Source: Mobula hypostoma
Taxonomy: Eukaryota
Direction: 5' to 3'
Assembly: GCF_963921235.1 (NCBI RefSeq)
Contig: NC_086108.1
Location: forward strand, 60,080,001-60,144,000
DNA: 64,000 nt
Made by a program: the position numbers and the translations under genes. Under the pieces are notes generated by a model. That model was given only the letters and a program-made list of their open reading frames with translations, searched no databases and was not told the origin of the DNA. This document shows, one piece after another, positions 51,751 through 64,000 of this stretch. Every line of letters starts with the position of its first letter. Positions within the stretch are counted from its first letter, which is position 1.

Positions 51751-52312
51751 GACTACACCTGGAATATTGTGTACAGTTTTGGTGTCCAAATTTGAGGAAG
51801 GACATTCTAGCTATTGAGGGAGTGCAGCGTAGGTTCACGAGGTTAATTCCTGGGACGGCGGGACTGTCATATGTTGAAAGATTGGAGCGACTCGGGATGT
51901 ATACACTGGAATTTAGAAGGATGAGAAGGGATCTGATTGAAACATATAAGATTATTAAGGGATTAGACACGCTAGAAGCAGGAAACATGTTTCCGATGTT
52001 GGGGGAGTCAAGAACCAGAGGCCACAGTTTAAGAATAAGGGGTAGACAATTTAGAGCGGAGTTGAGGAAAAACTTTTTCACACAGAGGGTTATGGTTCTG
52101 TGGAATGCTCTGCCTCAGAAGGCAGTGGAGGCCAATTCTCTGGATTCTTTCAAAAAAGAGTTAGGTAGAGCTCTTAAAGATAGCAGAGTGAAGGGATATG
52201 GGGAGAAGGCAGGAAAAAGGTAATGATTGTGGATGATCAGCCATGATCACAGTGAATGGTGGTGCTGGCTCGAAGGGCTGAATGGCCTACTCCTGCACCT
52301 ATTGTCTATTGT
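51751..52312 (+). mobile_element. 5'-truncated CR1 nested antisense in the host CR1
   Basis: TSD CTATTGA (51744-51750, 52313-52319); open ORF2 C-terminus to 52223; (ctattgt)n tail. Confidence 0.92.
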
Positions 52313-55294
52313 CTATTGAATTCAATCCCTCTAGCAATGAAGGCCAACATTTTGTTTACCTTCTTAATAACCTGTTGTACCTGCAAGCCAACTTTTTGCG
52401 ATTCATGAACAAGCGCTCCCAAGTCCTTCTGCACAACAGCATGCTGCAATCTTTCACCATTTAAATAATAATCTGCTCTTCTATTATTCCTTCCAAGGTG
52501 GATGATCTTGCATTTACCATGATGGTATTCCATCTACCAGACCTTGGCCCACTCACTTAACCTATCTATACCCCTCTGCAGACTCTCCACATCCTCTGTA
52601 CAATTTGCTTTTTTACTCGGTTTAGTGTCATCAGCAAATTTTGCTATGCTACACTCAGTCCCCTCTTCCAAATCATCAATGTAAATGGTAAACAGCTGCG
52701 GGCCCAGCACCGACCCCTGTGGCACCGCACTCACCACTGACTGCCAACCGGAGAAACACCCATTTATACCAACTCTCTGCCTTTTATTGGTTAACCAATC
52801 AACTATCCATGCCAATACACTTCCTCTGACTCCATGCATCCGTATCTTATTTATAAGTCTCTTGTGTAGCACCTTATCAAGTGCCTTCTGGAAATCCAAG
52901 TATACGACATCCACCTGTTCCCCTCTATCCACTGCACTCATTATGTCCTCAAAGAACTCCAGTAAGTTTGTCAAACAGGACCTGCCCTTTCTGAATCCGT
53001 GCTGCATCTGTCTAATGGAACCACTCCTTTGTAAATGTTTCATGATTTCTTCCTTAAAGACAGCTTCAAGCATTTTCCCAACTACAGATGTTAAGCTAAC
53101 TGGCCTATATTTGCCCGTTTTTTGCCTACATTCTTTCTTAAAAAGTGGCATGACATTTGCTGTCTTCCATTCCACTGGGACCTGCCCAGAGTCTAGAGAA
53201 TTTTGCTAAATGGTTACCAACGTCTCTACTATAACCTCTGCCAATTCCCTCAGCATCCTGGGATGCATCCCATCAGGACCGGGGGACTTATCTACCTTCA
53301 TGCCCTCTAGTTTGCTCATCACTATTTCTTTAGTGACAGTGATTTTATCAAGGTCCTCACCTCCCATTTCGTCCATTACATCCTTCTTTGGCATATTAGA
53401 CATGTCCTCCATCATGAAGACCGACACAAAATAGTTGTTCAATGCCTCAGCCATTTCCTTATCACCCAATATCAATTTCCCCTTCTCATCTTCCAAGGAA
53501 CCTACGTTGACTTTAGCCACCCTCTTCCACTTCATATATTTATAAAGACTTTTGCTATCTGTTTTTTTTATTTTGTACTGATTTGCTTTCATACTCTATC
53601 TTCTCTTTCCTTATTTCTTGTTTAGTTGTTCTCTGTTCCTTTTTAAAGTTTTCCCAATTCTCCAGTCTCCCACTACTCTTTGCAACTTTGTACACATGAG
53701 CTTTTAATTTGATATTATTTATTTCCTTAGTTATCTAAGGCTGGCTCTCCCACACTTACTGTCCTTACTTTTGACTGGAATATACTTTTGTTGAGCACTG
53801 TGAAAAATCTCTTTGAAAGTATTCCACTGTTCCTCAACTGTCCTACCAAATAGCCTGTGCTCCCAATCCACATTAGCCAACTCCTCCCTCATCCCGTTGT
53901 AGTCTCCCTTGTTCAAGCATAATACACTAGCTTTAGATCTAACTATTTCATCCTCCATCTACATGCAAAATTCAATCATACTATGAACGTTCTTTCCAAG
54001 AGGATCCTTGACTACAAGGTCATTAATCTTACCTGTCTCATTGCACAGGACTAGATCTAAGATAGCATTTTCCCTTGTAGGTTCACTAACAGACTGATCA
54101 AGAAAGCTATCACAGATACATTCTATGAAGTCCTCCTCAAGATTTCCTTGACCAACCTGCTTCACCCAATCTATGTGGAAGTTAAAATCCCTCATGACAA
54201 CTACCGTTCCATTCTTACAAGCCTCAGTTATTTCCTGGTTAATCGCCTCTGCCACTGCAATATTTTTATTAGGTGGCCTATAGACAACTCCCACCAGCAA
54301 TTTTTTCCCCTTTACTATTCTTAATCTCTACCCAGATGGGCTCAACATTCTGCTCCATAGATCTTATATTATCTCTCACAATCACCCTGATCTCATCCCT
54401 AATCAAGAGAGCCACCTCACCTCCCCTGCCTTCCTGCCTATCTTTCTGTATTATCTGATACCCTTGGATATTTAATTCCCAGTCATCTCCACCTTGCAAC
54501 CATGTTTCTGTAATGGCTACTAAATCATATGCCTTGGTACTGATCTGGGCCACAAGTTCACTAACCTTGTTTCTGATACTACGGGCATTTAGATAAAGTG
54601 CCCTTATACCCATTATCCTTTTAGAATCTAGTGACCTATGCGATTTTTGCTTTTTACTTTTATGCACTCTACTCTTATTTTTTCTTCACTAACTCAGCTT
54701 TGGTCTCTGCATCACTTCCCTCTTCTTTTCCGTACTGGCTCCCATCCCCCTGCCATATTAGTTTTAAACCTCCTCAACAGCCCTAGCAAACAATCTCCTA
54801 GGACATTGTTCCCGGCCCTGCCCAGATGTAGACTGTCCGGACGGTACTGGTCCCACCTCCCCCAGAAGCAGTTCCAATGCCCCCAAGAATTTGAAACCCT
54901 CCCTCCTGCAACACCACTCAAGTCACATGTTCATTCTAGTTATCCTGATATTCTAATTCTGGCTAGCATATGGCACCGGTAATAATCCTGAGATTATTAC
55001 CTTTGAGATCCTACTCTTTAATTTATCTCCTAGCTCCCTAAATTCAGCTTGTAGGACCTCATCCCACTTTCTTCCTATATCGTTAGTACCTACATGCACC
55101 ACGACAGCTGGCTGCTCACCCTCCCCTTTCAGAGTGCCCTGCAGCCTCTCTGAGACATCTCTGACCCTTGCACCCGGGAGGCAACACACTATATGGGAGC
55201 AACAGGAATTCTGCAGATGCTGGAAATTCAAGCAACACACATCAAAGTTGCTGGTGAATGCAGCAGGCCAGGCAGCATCTCCAGGAAGAGGTGC

Positions 55295-55330
55295 AGTCGA
55301 CATTTCAGGCCGAGACCCTTCATCAGGACT
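55295..55330 (-). ncRNA. Second hammerhead motif in the inverted Penelope end
   Basis: Minus strand agtcCTGATGAagggtctcggcctGAAAtGTCgact. Confidence 0.65.
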
Positions 55331-56589
55331 AACATTTCCGACACCTCCCTCCCCTTTCTAGATCTTTCTGTCTCTGTCTCTGGAGACAGCTTATCCACTG
55401 ATGTCTACTATAAGCCTACTGACTCTCACAGCTATCTGGACTATTCCTCTTCTCACCCTGTCTCTTGCAAAAACGCTATCCCCTTCTTGCAATTCCTCCG
55501 TCTCCGCCGCATCTGCTCTCAGGATGAGGCTTTTCATTCTAGGATGAGGGAGATGTCTTCCTTTTTTAAAGAAAGGGGCTTCCCTTCCTCCACTATCATC
55601 TCTGCTCTTAAACGCATCTCCCCCATTTCACGTACATCTGCTCTCACTCCATCCTCCCACCACCCCACTAGGAATAGGGTTCCCCTGGTCCTCACCTACC
55701 ACCCCACCAGCCTCCGGGTCCAACATATTATTCTCCGTAACTTCCGCCACCTCCAACGGGATCCCACCACTAAGCACATCTTTCCCTCCCCCCCACTCTC
55801 TGCATTCCGCAGGGATCGCTCCCTACGCAACTCCCTTGTCCTTTCGTCCCCCCCATCCCTCCCCACTGATCTCCCTCCTGGAACTTATCCGTGTAAGCGG
55901 AACAAGTGCTACACATGCCCTTACACTTCCTCCCTTACCACCATTCAGGGCCCCAAACAGTCCTTCCAGGTGAGGCAACACTTCACCTGTGAGTCGACTG
56001 GGGTGATATACTGTGTCCGGTGCTCCCGATGTGGCCTTTTATATATTGGCGAGACCCGACGCAGACTGGGAGACCGCTTTGCTGAACATCTACCCTCTGT
56101 CCGCCAGAGAAAGCAGGATCTCCCAGTGGCCACACATTTTAATTCCACATCCCATTCCCATTCTGACATGTCTATCCACGGCCTCCTCTACTGTAAAGAT
56201 GAAGCCACACTCAGGTTGGAGGAACAACACCTTATATTCCGTCTGGGTAGCCTCCAACCTGATGGCATGAACATCGACTTCTCTAACTTCCGCTAAGGCC
56301 CCACCTCCCCCTCATACCCCATCTGTTACTTATTTTTATACACACATTCTTTCTCTCACTCTCCTTTTTCTCCCTCTGTCCCTCTGAATATACCCCTTGC
56401 CCATCCTCTGGGTCCCCCCCCCCTTGTCTTTCTTCCCGGACCCCCTGTCCCATGATCCTCTCATATCCCTTTTGCCAATCACCTGTCCAGCTCTCGGCTC
56501 TATCCCTCCCCCTCCTGTCTTCTCCTATCATTTTGGATCTCCCCCTCCCCCTCCAACTTTCAAATCCCTTACTCACTCTTCCTTCAGTT

Positions 56590-56625
56590 AGTCCTGACGA
56601 AGGGTCTCGGCCTGAAACGTCGACT
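56590..56625 (+). ncRNA. Minimal type I hammerhead ribozyme motif
   Basis: agtc-CTGACGA-agg gtctcgg cct-GAAAC-GTC-gact: conserved core, stem I (agtc/gact), stem II (agg/cct) and palindromic ACGT stem III, as established for Penelope elements. Confidence 0.8.
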
Positions 56626-56964
56626 GCACCTCTTCCTAGAGATGCTGCCTGGCCTGCTGCATTCACCAGCAACTTTGATGTGTGTTACACTATATGGGAG
56701 TCCCGTTTGCAGCCACAGAAGCTCCTCTCTATTCCCCTTACCATGGGATCCCCTACCACAACAGCTCCGCCACTCTTTTTCTTGCCCTCATGCGCAGCAA
56801 AGCCACCCACGGTGCCATGATCCTGGCTACTGCTGCCTTCACCTGATGAGCCATCTCCCCCAACAGACTCCAAAATGGTATATCTGTTTTGGAGGGAGAT
56901 GACCACAGGAGACTCCTGTACTACGACTCTTCCTGTTGGTCACCATTCCCTGTCTTTCCTTAGA

Positions 56965-59900
56965 TCCTTAAACTACAGCTCGGAACGCAGGGAGAATGGA
57001 CATGGTGTTCAAAAAGTTCTCTCCATTTCTTTCTTTGCATGTTTCCAGGAGCCTTCTCACAATGGCAGTATTTGTTCCCACAAGAATGGATGCTCCACAC
57101 TTTTCAACCAGATTCGGGCCGACCAACTCTGATGTGTCAATAGTCTCAGTTACTCGAACATTTGCTTCCGAAAATTCCAGCTTCACCAACAAGTAACTGT
57201 GGGATGGGTACTCATCAGTACTAAGCTCAAGGGCACTGAGTGCCGTCAAAATACTGGCTGTAGAAGGATCTATAAAGCAAGGTAACTTGACAACCTGTGT
57301 CAAGTATGGCTCTAGCATAAACACCTTCAATCCGTATGGATACCGCAGAGCATGGTCCCATTAAACCTTCAGGACTAGTGTTTTGTACTTTACTATTTCC
57401 CTTGGTGCACTGATTGGAACGTATCCTCTCTGAAACATCGGCCTGTTCTTTTACTTGTGTCCTCCATAGCTTTCCCCCCTTTCTTCTCTGTTTAATTAGC
57501 CGCTGATTTATTTTCCCAATATTTTCCTGTCTTTCACAATGTCCATCTTCTCCAAAGTTGTAACAGAAAATACCGGTCATTTCCCTAGTCAAGAGACTCC
57601 GCTCAGTACCAGCCCTTGCCTTGGTACGAACCACCAGTGAGTCAGGCCTCCGATCGGCCTTGTCATGCTGGGTGGCAGTCATCATCAGGTGCCGTGCCCA
57701 GTTTGAGCTTTGACTGCCATGGCCCACACACTCCTGTTTCGGGTCAAGTGGATCAATTCATTGGTATTCATTTCCAGTTCTCTGGCTGCTGTCTCCATCA
57801 TCATTTGTCTTTGCCTTCCTTTTGCTTTCTTCCCTTCAATCTTTCCCATAATTACCGTGCATTCTAACTCCTCTTTCCTAATCACATGTCCAATAAAGTT
57901 ACGTTGCCTTTTCAAGATCTCATACATTATTTCTCTTTTTGTGCTTGCTCCGTTCATGACATCCTCATTAGATATTCATTTTGTCCATGATATTCTTTGC
58001 ATTCTCCTCAAAAACAGCATCTCTGCTGCTACAATTCGTTTCCTCATGTTACTAAATATTGTCCAGCATTCTGAGCCATATAACATAACTAGATAAACAT
58101 AACATTTCAGTACTCTTGAGACGGGTTGTCATGCCTAGTTTAGTATTGGTCAGTATACTCTTCATTCTCGTAAAGGTGTCTTATGCCATCCCTATTCTTC
58201 TTTTGATGTCCATGTCGCACCTGCCATCTGATGTCACCCAGCTTCCGAAGTAGCAAAAGTTCTGTACTTGTTTTATGCAGTACCAACCGGTATCATCAGT
58301 AATACCTTAGCCCTCAGATCTTTTACAACATCCTGCAAAACCCTCGCGTATGTGGTATTAGGGGTCACGTTAGCTACTACTGAGGACTTTGCCCTACTGA
58401 CGGAGACCTCCCACTCCTCCATTGTGTTTTCCTCCTCTCTAACATCTGTGAGTAACTTGGTAAAAGGTGGAGGAGGGTGCATCTTGTGTGTCAATGGAGT
58501 ATGAAGAGCGATTGCATCACGTGACCAATGCGCCCTTCACAACTTGCTCCATCCTCAAACAACTTTTCTCAGACAGTTGAATGCCCCCTTTTTGGTGCAG
58601 TGCAGCAGTTTTTCCAACTGAAAATGTAGACAGACAACTTTTCTGCTTCCTTCTGAAATATGTGCCTAAATTTCATCCTAAGATCGGCCGCACTTCCAGC
58701 AGTGCCAAAAGCATCTTCCAGCGCTTGCTGATAATTAGCTGACATAGCTAATGGATTTTATGTCTTGTAGAACCCTACTCTATCAGTCACCAGCCCCTTT
58801 AAGCTCTCTTCCAGTCTCAGTTTCATATTATCTGAGCACTGCCATTCATCCAGTAACCAAGATGTCTGTTCAGCCCAAGCCTCATGTTCTTCTTCCTCAT
58901 TGGCTATGGGCTTGACTCCAAAAAACACTCGCAGCCTACGATAACTTTAGCTCTCCGCAGATGTACTTCTGCATTTATCAACCAGTGGTGTAATAGCCAA
59001 AACGAGCTCAGAATTTAAATCAACTGCTGAAGAACTCATTAGACCTTTCACATCAAACAACTCCTTACCCTTTCTCAGCAGAAACAAGAGCAACTTTTCT
59101 TTAAAGTCTCTGCCCTCAGCTATGAAACCTCACATCCAGTTCAGCACCCTTGCATAGACTCCCCTCTTATCTGAAAGTATGGACGGCCCATGTCCCCACC
59201 TCTCCTGGTACCTCAATGATACCTGGCAGATCCACTGCCATCACATCATCACTAGTCTGAACTGAAGTCACATCTGTGCACGCCGTTCGATCAAACTGCC
59301 ACTCCATGATCATATCTTTCCCTAGTTCTTTAACAGTACTTAAAACCTTAGTCAATGATTCATCTGGGCTGTGGATGTACACTCCACTCAGAACATAAGT
59401 ATTAGTTACAGGTATTCTCCTAGAATCACACAAAAGCTTAACTCCTAAGGTGCCCATAAACACATATCTTAATCACTTTCCAGGACAATAGTCGAACACA
59501 GGTTTAAACACAAAATCACTTAATCAATTCTTAGGGCAATGACACAGCGTTCAACAAATTCAATCCAGGACAATGGCCCCCATAACAAATCCCCTTTTTA
59601 CTAGGCGTCTCTGGAAATGTGGTTCATTGGCCCCTCACTAACAGCCACTGGACTCTGAGGCGAGGAACCCACCTTTCTCGGGATCTGTACGTCTCGGATG
59701 TATACGACTTTAGTCCCACCAAACCGTGAGGTTGGGATGTCTTGCCCACCCAAACCCCGGTGTGTGTGAATGCTGTGTGATTTACTACCCTTGCAATCAC
59801 CCCTTGGCAAGAAATAACAGACCGTACACTTCATACATTTATAAAGGAAGTATCTTTATGAATGTTAACTTAACCAAAGACTTATTAAAGAAAAGAAAGT

Positions 59901-60373
59901 TTAAAAAGGGCCCATTATAATTAGACAGTCAAATGTGCACATAAGTTGAAGCTCAACTTGAAGTTGTCTGTAACTCACACTGGACCCCCAGTCCACGTGA
60001 AAGCACACACTACCTTCGGAATGTTGCTCGAAATCCATCTCAAACAAACGGGCTCTCCCATGGGAGTACTGGTTCTTTATCCTCGAAGCCATTCATCTGC
60101 ACAAAGAACCTTTTACATCAGGGATGCTATCCTTAGCCATCCTCCCTCCTGTCTTTTCCCAGCTCCCGCTGAAAAGACTTTGACCCATGCCAGTGTCCAT
60201 CACAAACCTCTCCGACCTGTGTTCTCCAGAACTTTCTCCCAATTCCACCATCCTGATTGGGTGACACCACATTCCTAAGTTGAAGAACAAAGCCTCTCAT
60301 CTTAGCTCAAATTTGAACGGGCTGAAAGCAGAACTGACTGCTCTTACAGAACAGTTAAAATGATATATCTACA
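56965..60373 (-). mobile_element. Gypsy LTR retrotransposon 5' half with PNMA-like gag and protease
   Basis: YRRLRVFFGVKP...EEHEAWAEQ...EWQCSD...ESLKG (~58795-58945); CYNFGEDGH knuckle remnant; ARAILDTGCQVTLL protease; tRNA-Pro-like PBS TGGGGGCC..GTCCTGGAT (~59563-59582); probable LTR ~59583-60373 with approximate boundaries. Confidence 0.8.
57680..58272 (-). mobile_element. RTE-clade LINE 3' fragment nested in the PNMA-like gag
   Basis: FIGHVIRKEELE, GKIEGKKAKGRQR and YGSECWT motifs; (tga)n tail; flanked by duplicated GCAGT. Confidence 0.85.
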
Positions 60374-62319
60374 CTGGAAATGGTCAGGTGTTAGTCTGCA
60401 ATCATTTTGGCAAATTTGAGTTGTCCACTGATGAAGGCCTTGGGATTGTCATCTCCAATACTTCAAAGATGAATCTTTGATTGTAAATAAGAATGCTATT
60501 CCCTGAAACTAGGTAGGAACACTTGATCTTTAGAAAACGTGCTTGGCAGGCAAATCACCGATCCCAAAATGTTATTATTTAGTGAGTGAAAGAAAAAGCT
60601 GATGACATTTCTCTCCCGTAGTGTGGATTTTTGGGTGATGTGCATAATTTAGCAATGAATGACAAACTGAGAGATGTGGCAGAAATGAGCAGCAGCCATC
60701 TGGAACATTCACGAGGCTATAAAGATGAGAGTGCCCATGGCCTTGATCTCCAGTGCACACTTGTGAAATTGTATCATACATCACAGAAGAGGGCACCGTA
60801 CTCAATGAAGACAAATAATACACTTTGAGCATTGGTCTTCTAAAATGTAAAGTTTCAGGAGGCATTGGACTATTTCTTCTAGTTGGGCCTTTTCAGAGCA
60901 ATGAGGTTGAAAGTTTCACTGAATTCTATGTGTCCTATATTTTATGCCTTATGGTCTTATTCGGTTCTTAATTAGAAAGGGCATCAAAGATTAGGGGAAG
61001 AAATCAGGAGGATGGGGTTGATGATGCTGATGGTTTCCACCTGCCTCGAAGGACAACGTAGTTGTTGTGAGCTCTCTGGGGCACAAGCCTGGGCAGATGG
61101 CATGGAGATCCTGGGATGCCCAGTAGTCAAGATCCCTCTCTTGGCCTCACTGGTGTAGTCCAAAGGAAAGCAATCCAATACATTTGGCACCAGCTTGGCT
61201 GCAGAAACTGCCGGAAGGATGTTCAGTGGCATCCAGCCGCCTTAGGGGCTCCACTCCGGATTTTCTGCCTGGGTTTACTCCAGTGGCCTTTGTCCCTTCC
61301 AAGGCTGCCCACAAGGCAGTGGGGATATTTACTCATAGCCAGGGATCTAGGAATGGGGCTGAGAGGGATAATAAATGAGTTGTGATGGAATGGCAGAGCA
61401 GACACAATGGACCTAATCTTCTCCTATGTCTTTTGGTCTCACTGTTGTCTTTTAGGAGAGTAATTACTGACCGGGAAACACAAAGGAATATAACTGTGTG
61501 TCACAAAACAACAGCAATTTAACAGCTGATTGTGATATAAAAGCGGGTCCTTGATACAGGATTGTTGAGTGTGACATAATTAAATTAAATGGAATCATGT
61601 TTGTACCTCATGAAAAGTAACTTTTCATTCACACTGGTGAAATAATTTGGTTTGCAAAAATGTTCCCTGTGAGAAATTTCATGCATGTGGTACAAAGAAC
61701 AAGCACCAAATTTGATTCAGTGCCATGTTCATGATTATTCTTTCTCTGCAGAGGCAGCCCATAGATTTCTCTTGCCACTAAACATTTTCCTCAATTAACA
61801 AGCTCTCATTATGTGGTCTTTGTAATCATCTCTTCAAAGTCACTGCCAGTAACTATTCATCTCAAATACTGATCCAACATTCCTTGATCCATTGGGAATC
61901 TGGACAAGATCTTCAAACATACCACTCCTGTTTTGCATGACCCAGCCTTTGATTTACCATGTGTTAAACTTATCTGGCAGCTAAGGATGCTAAGACACAG
62001 GAAAGATTTTTCAGGTACTCTATTTAAAGGAACCAGGCACTCAGAACTACATAGCTGGATTCTCTTTCAGTTTTTAGCAACTCGAAGATGTTTTGTGATC
62101 TGTTATCAGACAAACAGTAGACAGTTTGGCTGTGGAAGACCCACCATTTGAGCTGGAGGAGGAGGGAGGGTAACAGAGTGTTGGAGGAGCAGCAACAGAG
62201 GAGAGCATGGTGCAGGATAAAGATCCACAGTGTATGCTCAGTAATCTTCTCCAAGATGAACTTGTGATTCAGACTGAGATTCAGATTTAAATTGATATCA
62301 ATTTATTTATCACATATCT

Positions 62320-64000
62320 GTCAGGAGGAGAGGAAATGCACAGTCAGTGCAGAGTACACCTGCGGCCATTCCCCTCAATAATAAACATCTAACTTTAGAT
62401 ACTATTGAGGAGGTCGACCTACCCTGGGGAGCCACATTGACCAAGTCTCTGGTGCTATGACTCAGAAGAAGAGAGAGGTGAGGAGGACTGCGGTGTTGAT
62501 AGGACATCATTTAGTCAGAGGAACAGAGACGAGGTTCAGTGGGCACGATAGAGACACCCAGATGGTATGTTGCTTCCCTGGTGCCAGGATCAGGGATGTG
62601 TTGAATTATGCCCATGGCATTCTCAACGGTGAGGGTGAGCAGCCAGAGTCTTGGTACGTATTGGCACCAATGACATTGGTAAGAAAGGTGGAGATGTCCT
62701 GAAGAGAGGTTTTAGGGAGTTAGGTAGAAAGCTGAGAAACAGAACCTCCAGGGTAGTCTCTGGATTGCTGCCTGTGCCATGTGCCAGAGAGAGTGGGAAT
62801 AGGATGATTTGACAGATGGATGCATGGCTGAGGAACTGGAGCAGGGATCAGTGGTTCTGATTTATGTATCATTGGGATTTCTTCTGCGGGAAGGTATGGC
62901 CTATACAAAAGGGACAAGTTACACCTGAACCAAAGGGGGACCAATATCCATGCAGGCAGGTTGGCTAGTGTTGTTCAGGTGGATTTAAGCTAATGTGGCT
63001 GGGGGATGGGAAGCAAAATAATAGTGCTGAGGATGAGGTAGTTGGTTTAGAATTAGAGGAAATGTGCAGTGAAGCTGCTAGCAAGGAAAGGCTGATGATA
63101 GGGCAAAATTGGAGTCAACAGGATTTGCAACAAAAAAGGACAAAATTGAAACAGTTGAATACAGGACTAAAGGTGTTATATTTGAATGCATGCAGTATAT
63201 GGAATAGGGTCAATGAACTTGCAGCACAGTTACAGATTGGCAAGTATGATGTTGTAAGTATCACTGAATCAGGCTGAAAGAAGATTATAGTTGGGAGCAA
63301 AATGTCCAAGGATACACATTGTATTAAAAGGATAGGCAGGAAGACTGAGGGGATAGTATGGCTCTGGTTCTGTTGGTAAAAAATGAAATTAAATCACTTG
63401 AAAGGGGTGTCATAGGGTTGGAAGGTGTTGGATCATTGTGGATAGAGCTAAGGAACTGCAAGGGTAAAAAGATCCTGATGGGAGTTATATACAGACCTCC
63501 AAACAGTAATAAGGATGTGGGCTACAAATTACAATGTGAGATAGAAAATATATGCAAAAAGGGCAATGTATGGGGGATTTCAATATGTAAGTAGATTGGG
63601 AAAATTAAATTGGTGCAGCAGTTCAAGAGGGAGAATTTCTAGAATACCTACAAGATAGCTTTTTAGAGCAGCTCATGGTTGAGCCACTAAGGGATCAGCT
63701 GTTCTGGATTGGGTGTTGTGCAATAAACTAGATTTGATTAGAGAACTCGGCCTTTTCTCCTTGGAGTGACAGAGGATGGCAGGTGACCTGATAGAGGTGT
63801 ATAAGATGATGAGAGGCATTGATCGTGTGGATAGTCGGAGGCTTTTTCCCAGGGCTGAAATGGTTGCCACAAGTTTAAGGTGCTGGGGAGTAGGTACAGA
63901 GGAGATATCAGGGGTAAGTTTTTTATGCAGAAAGTGGTAAGTGAGTGGAATGGGCTGCCAGCAACGGTGGTGGAGGTGGATACAATAGGGTCTTTTAAAA
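62320..64000 (+). mobile_element. CR1 LINE, internally deleted (ORF1 esterase and endonuclease, then a jump to the ORF2 3' end at ~63745)
   Basis: VCCFPGARIRD, LYLNACSI, ITES and GVIYRPP motifs, followed by GDLIEVYKMMRG. Confidence 0.9.

Larger units (their letters stand above)
55200..56686 (+). mobile_element. Penelope-like retroelement, 5'-truncated (RT C-terminus and GIY-YIG endonuclease) with an inverted terminal segment
   Basis: 14-bp TSD ACACTATATGGGAG (55186-55199, 56687-56700); LPFLDL, YYKPTDSHSYL and GVIYCVRCSRCGLLYIGET.R.L.DRF.EH motifs; ~55234-55332 is the reverse complement of 56587-56686. Confidence 0.95.
51134..56960 (-). mobile_element. Near-full-length CR1 LINE (ORF1 esterase and ORF2 EN-RT, several stops) hosting two nested insertions
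   Basis: ORF1 GDPMVRG / CLPGARVRD / VHVGTND; endonuclease LYLNARSI / AITETW; RT YRPVSLTSVVGK / VPQGSVLGP / FADDTK; (ttcttatg)n tail at 51134-51150. Confidence 0.95.

Noticed and set aside
51479..52223. Overlapping 200-aa ORFs on both strands
   Set aside because: Artefact of two antiparallel CR1 copies read through their junction.
55193..56296. 367-aa ORF as an intact gene
   Set aside because: The first ~45 codons come from the TSD and the inverted terminal segment; the rest is a 5'-truncated Penelope ORF lacking the RT core.

Overview
Eukaryotic, transposon-dominated DNA with no complete host gene. The mix of CR1, Penelope, Rex1/Babar, V-SINE-like, Tc1 and Gypsy repeats suggests a vertebrate, probably a cartilaginous fish such as a ray (inference). 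Contents: many decayed CR1 LINEs, including a near-full-length copy at ~51.1-57.0 kb carrying a nested CR1 and a nested Penelope element with hammerhead ribozyme motifs; four Gypsy/Ty3 LTR elements; two solo LTRs; Rex1/Babar, RTE, L1 and L2 fragments; a Tc1 relic whose end has grown into a 101-bp higher-order satellite; a 29-bp minisatellite inside a solo LTR; and one candidate first coding exon of an unidentified host gene (4372-4607). The standout is the LTR element at 20533-23488 (minus strand). It keeps both LTRs, PBS, PPT, TSD, gag and protease, but its RT, RNase H and integrase core are replaced by a mosaic of two host endosomal-trafficking genes: the N-terminal coiled coil of Rabaptin-5 (RABEP1), with the C-terminal coiled coil of CIN85 (SH3KBP1) inserted inside it. 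The mosaic is in frame with the protease end and, apart from one frameshift, with the integrase tail. Family and gene assignments rest on motifs recognised from memory; no database search was run.
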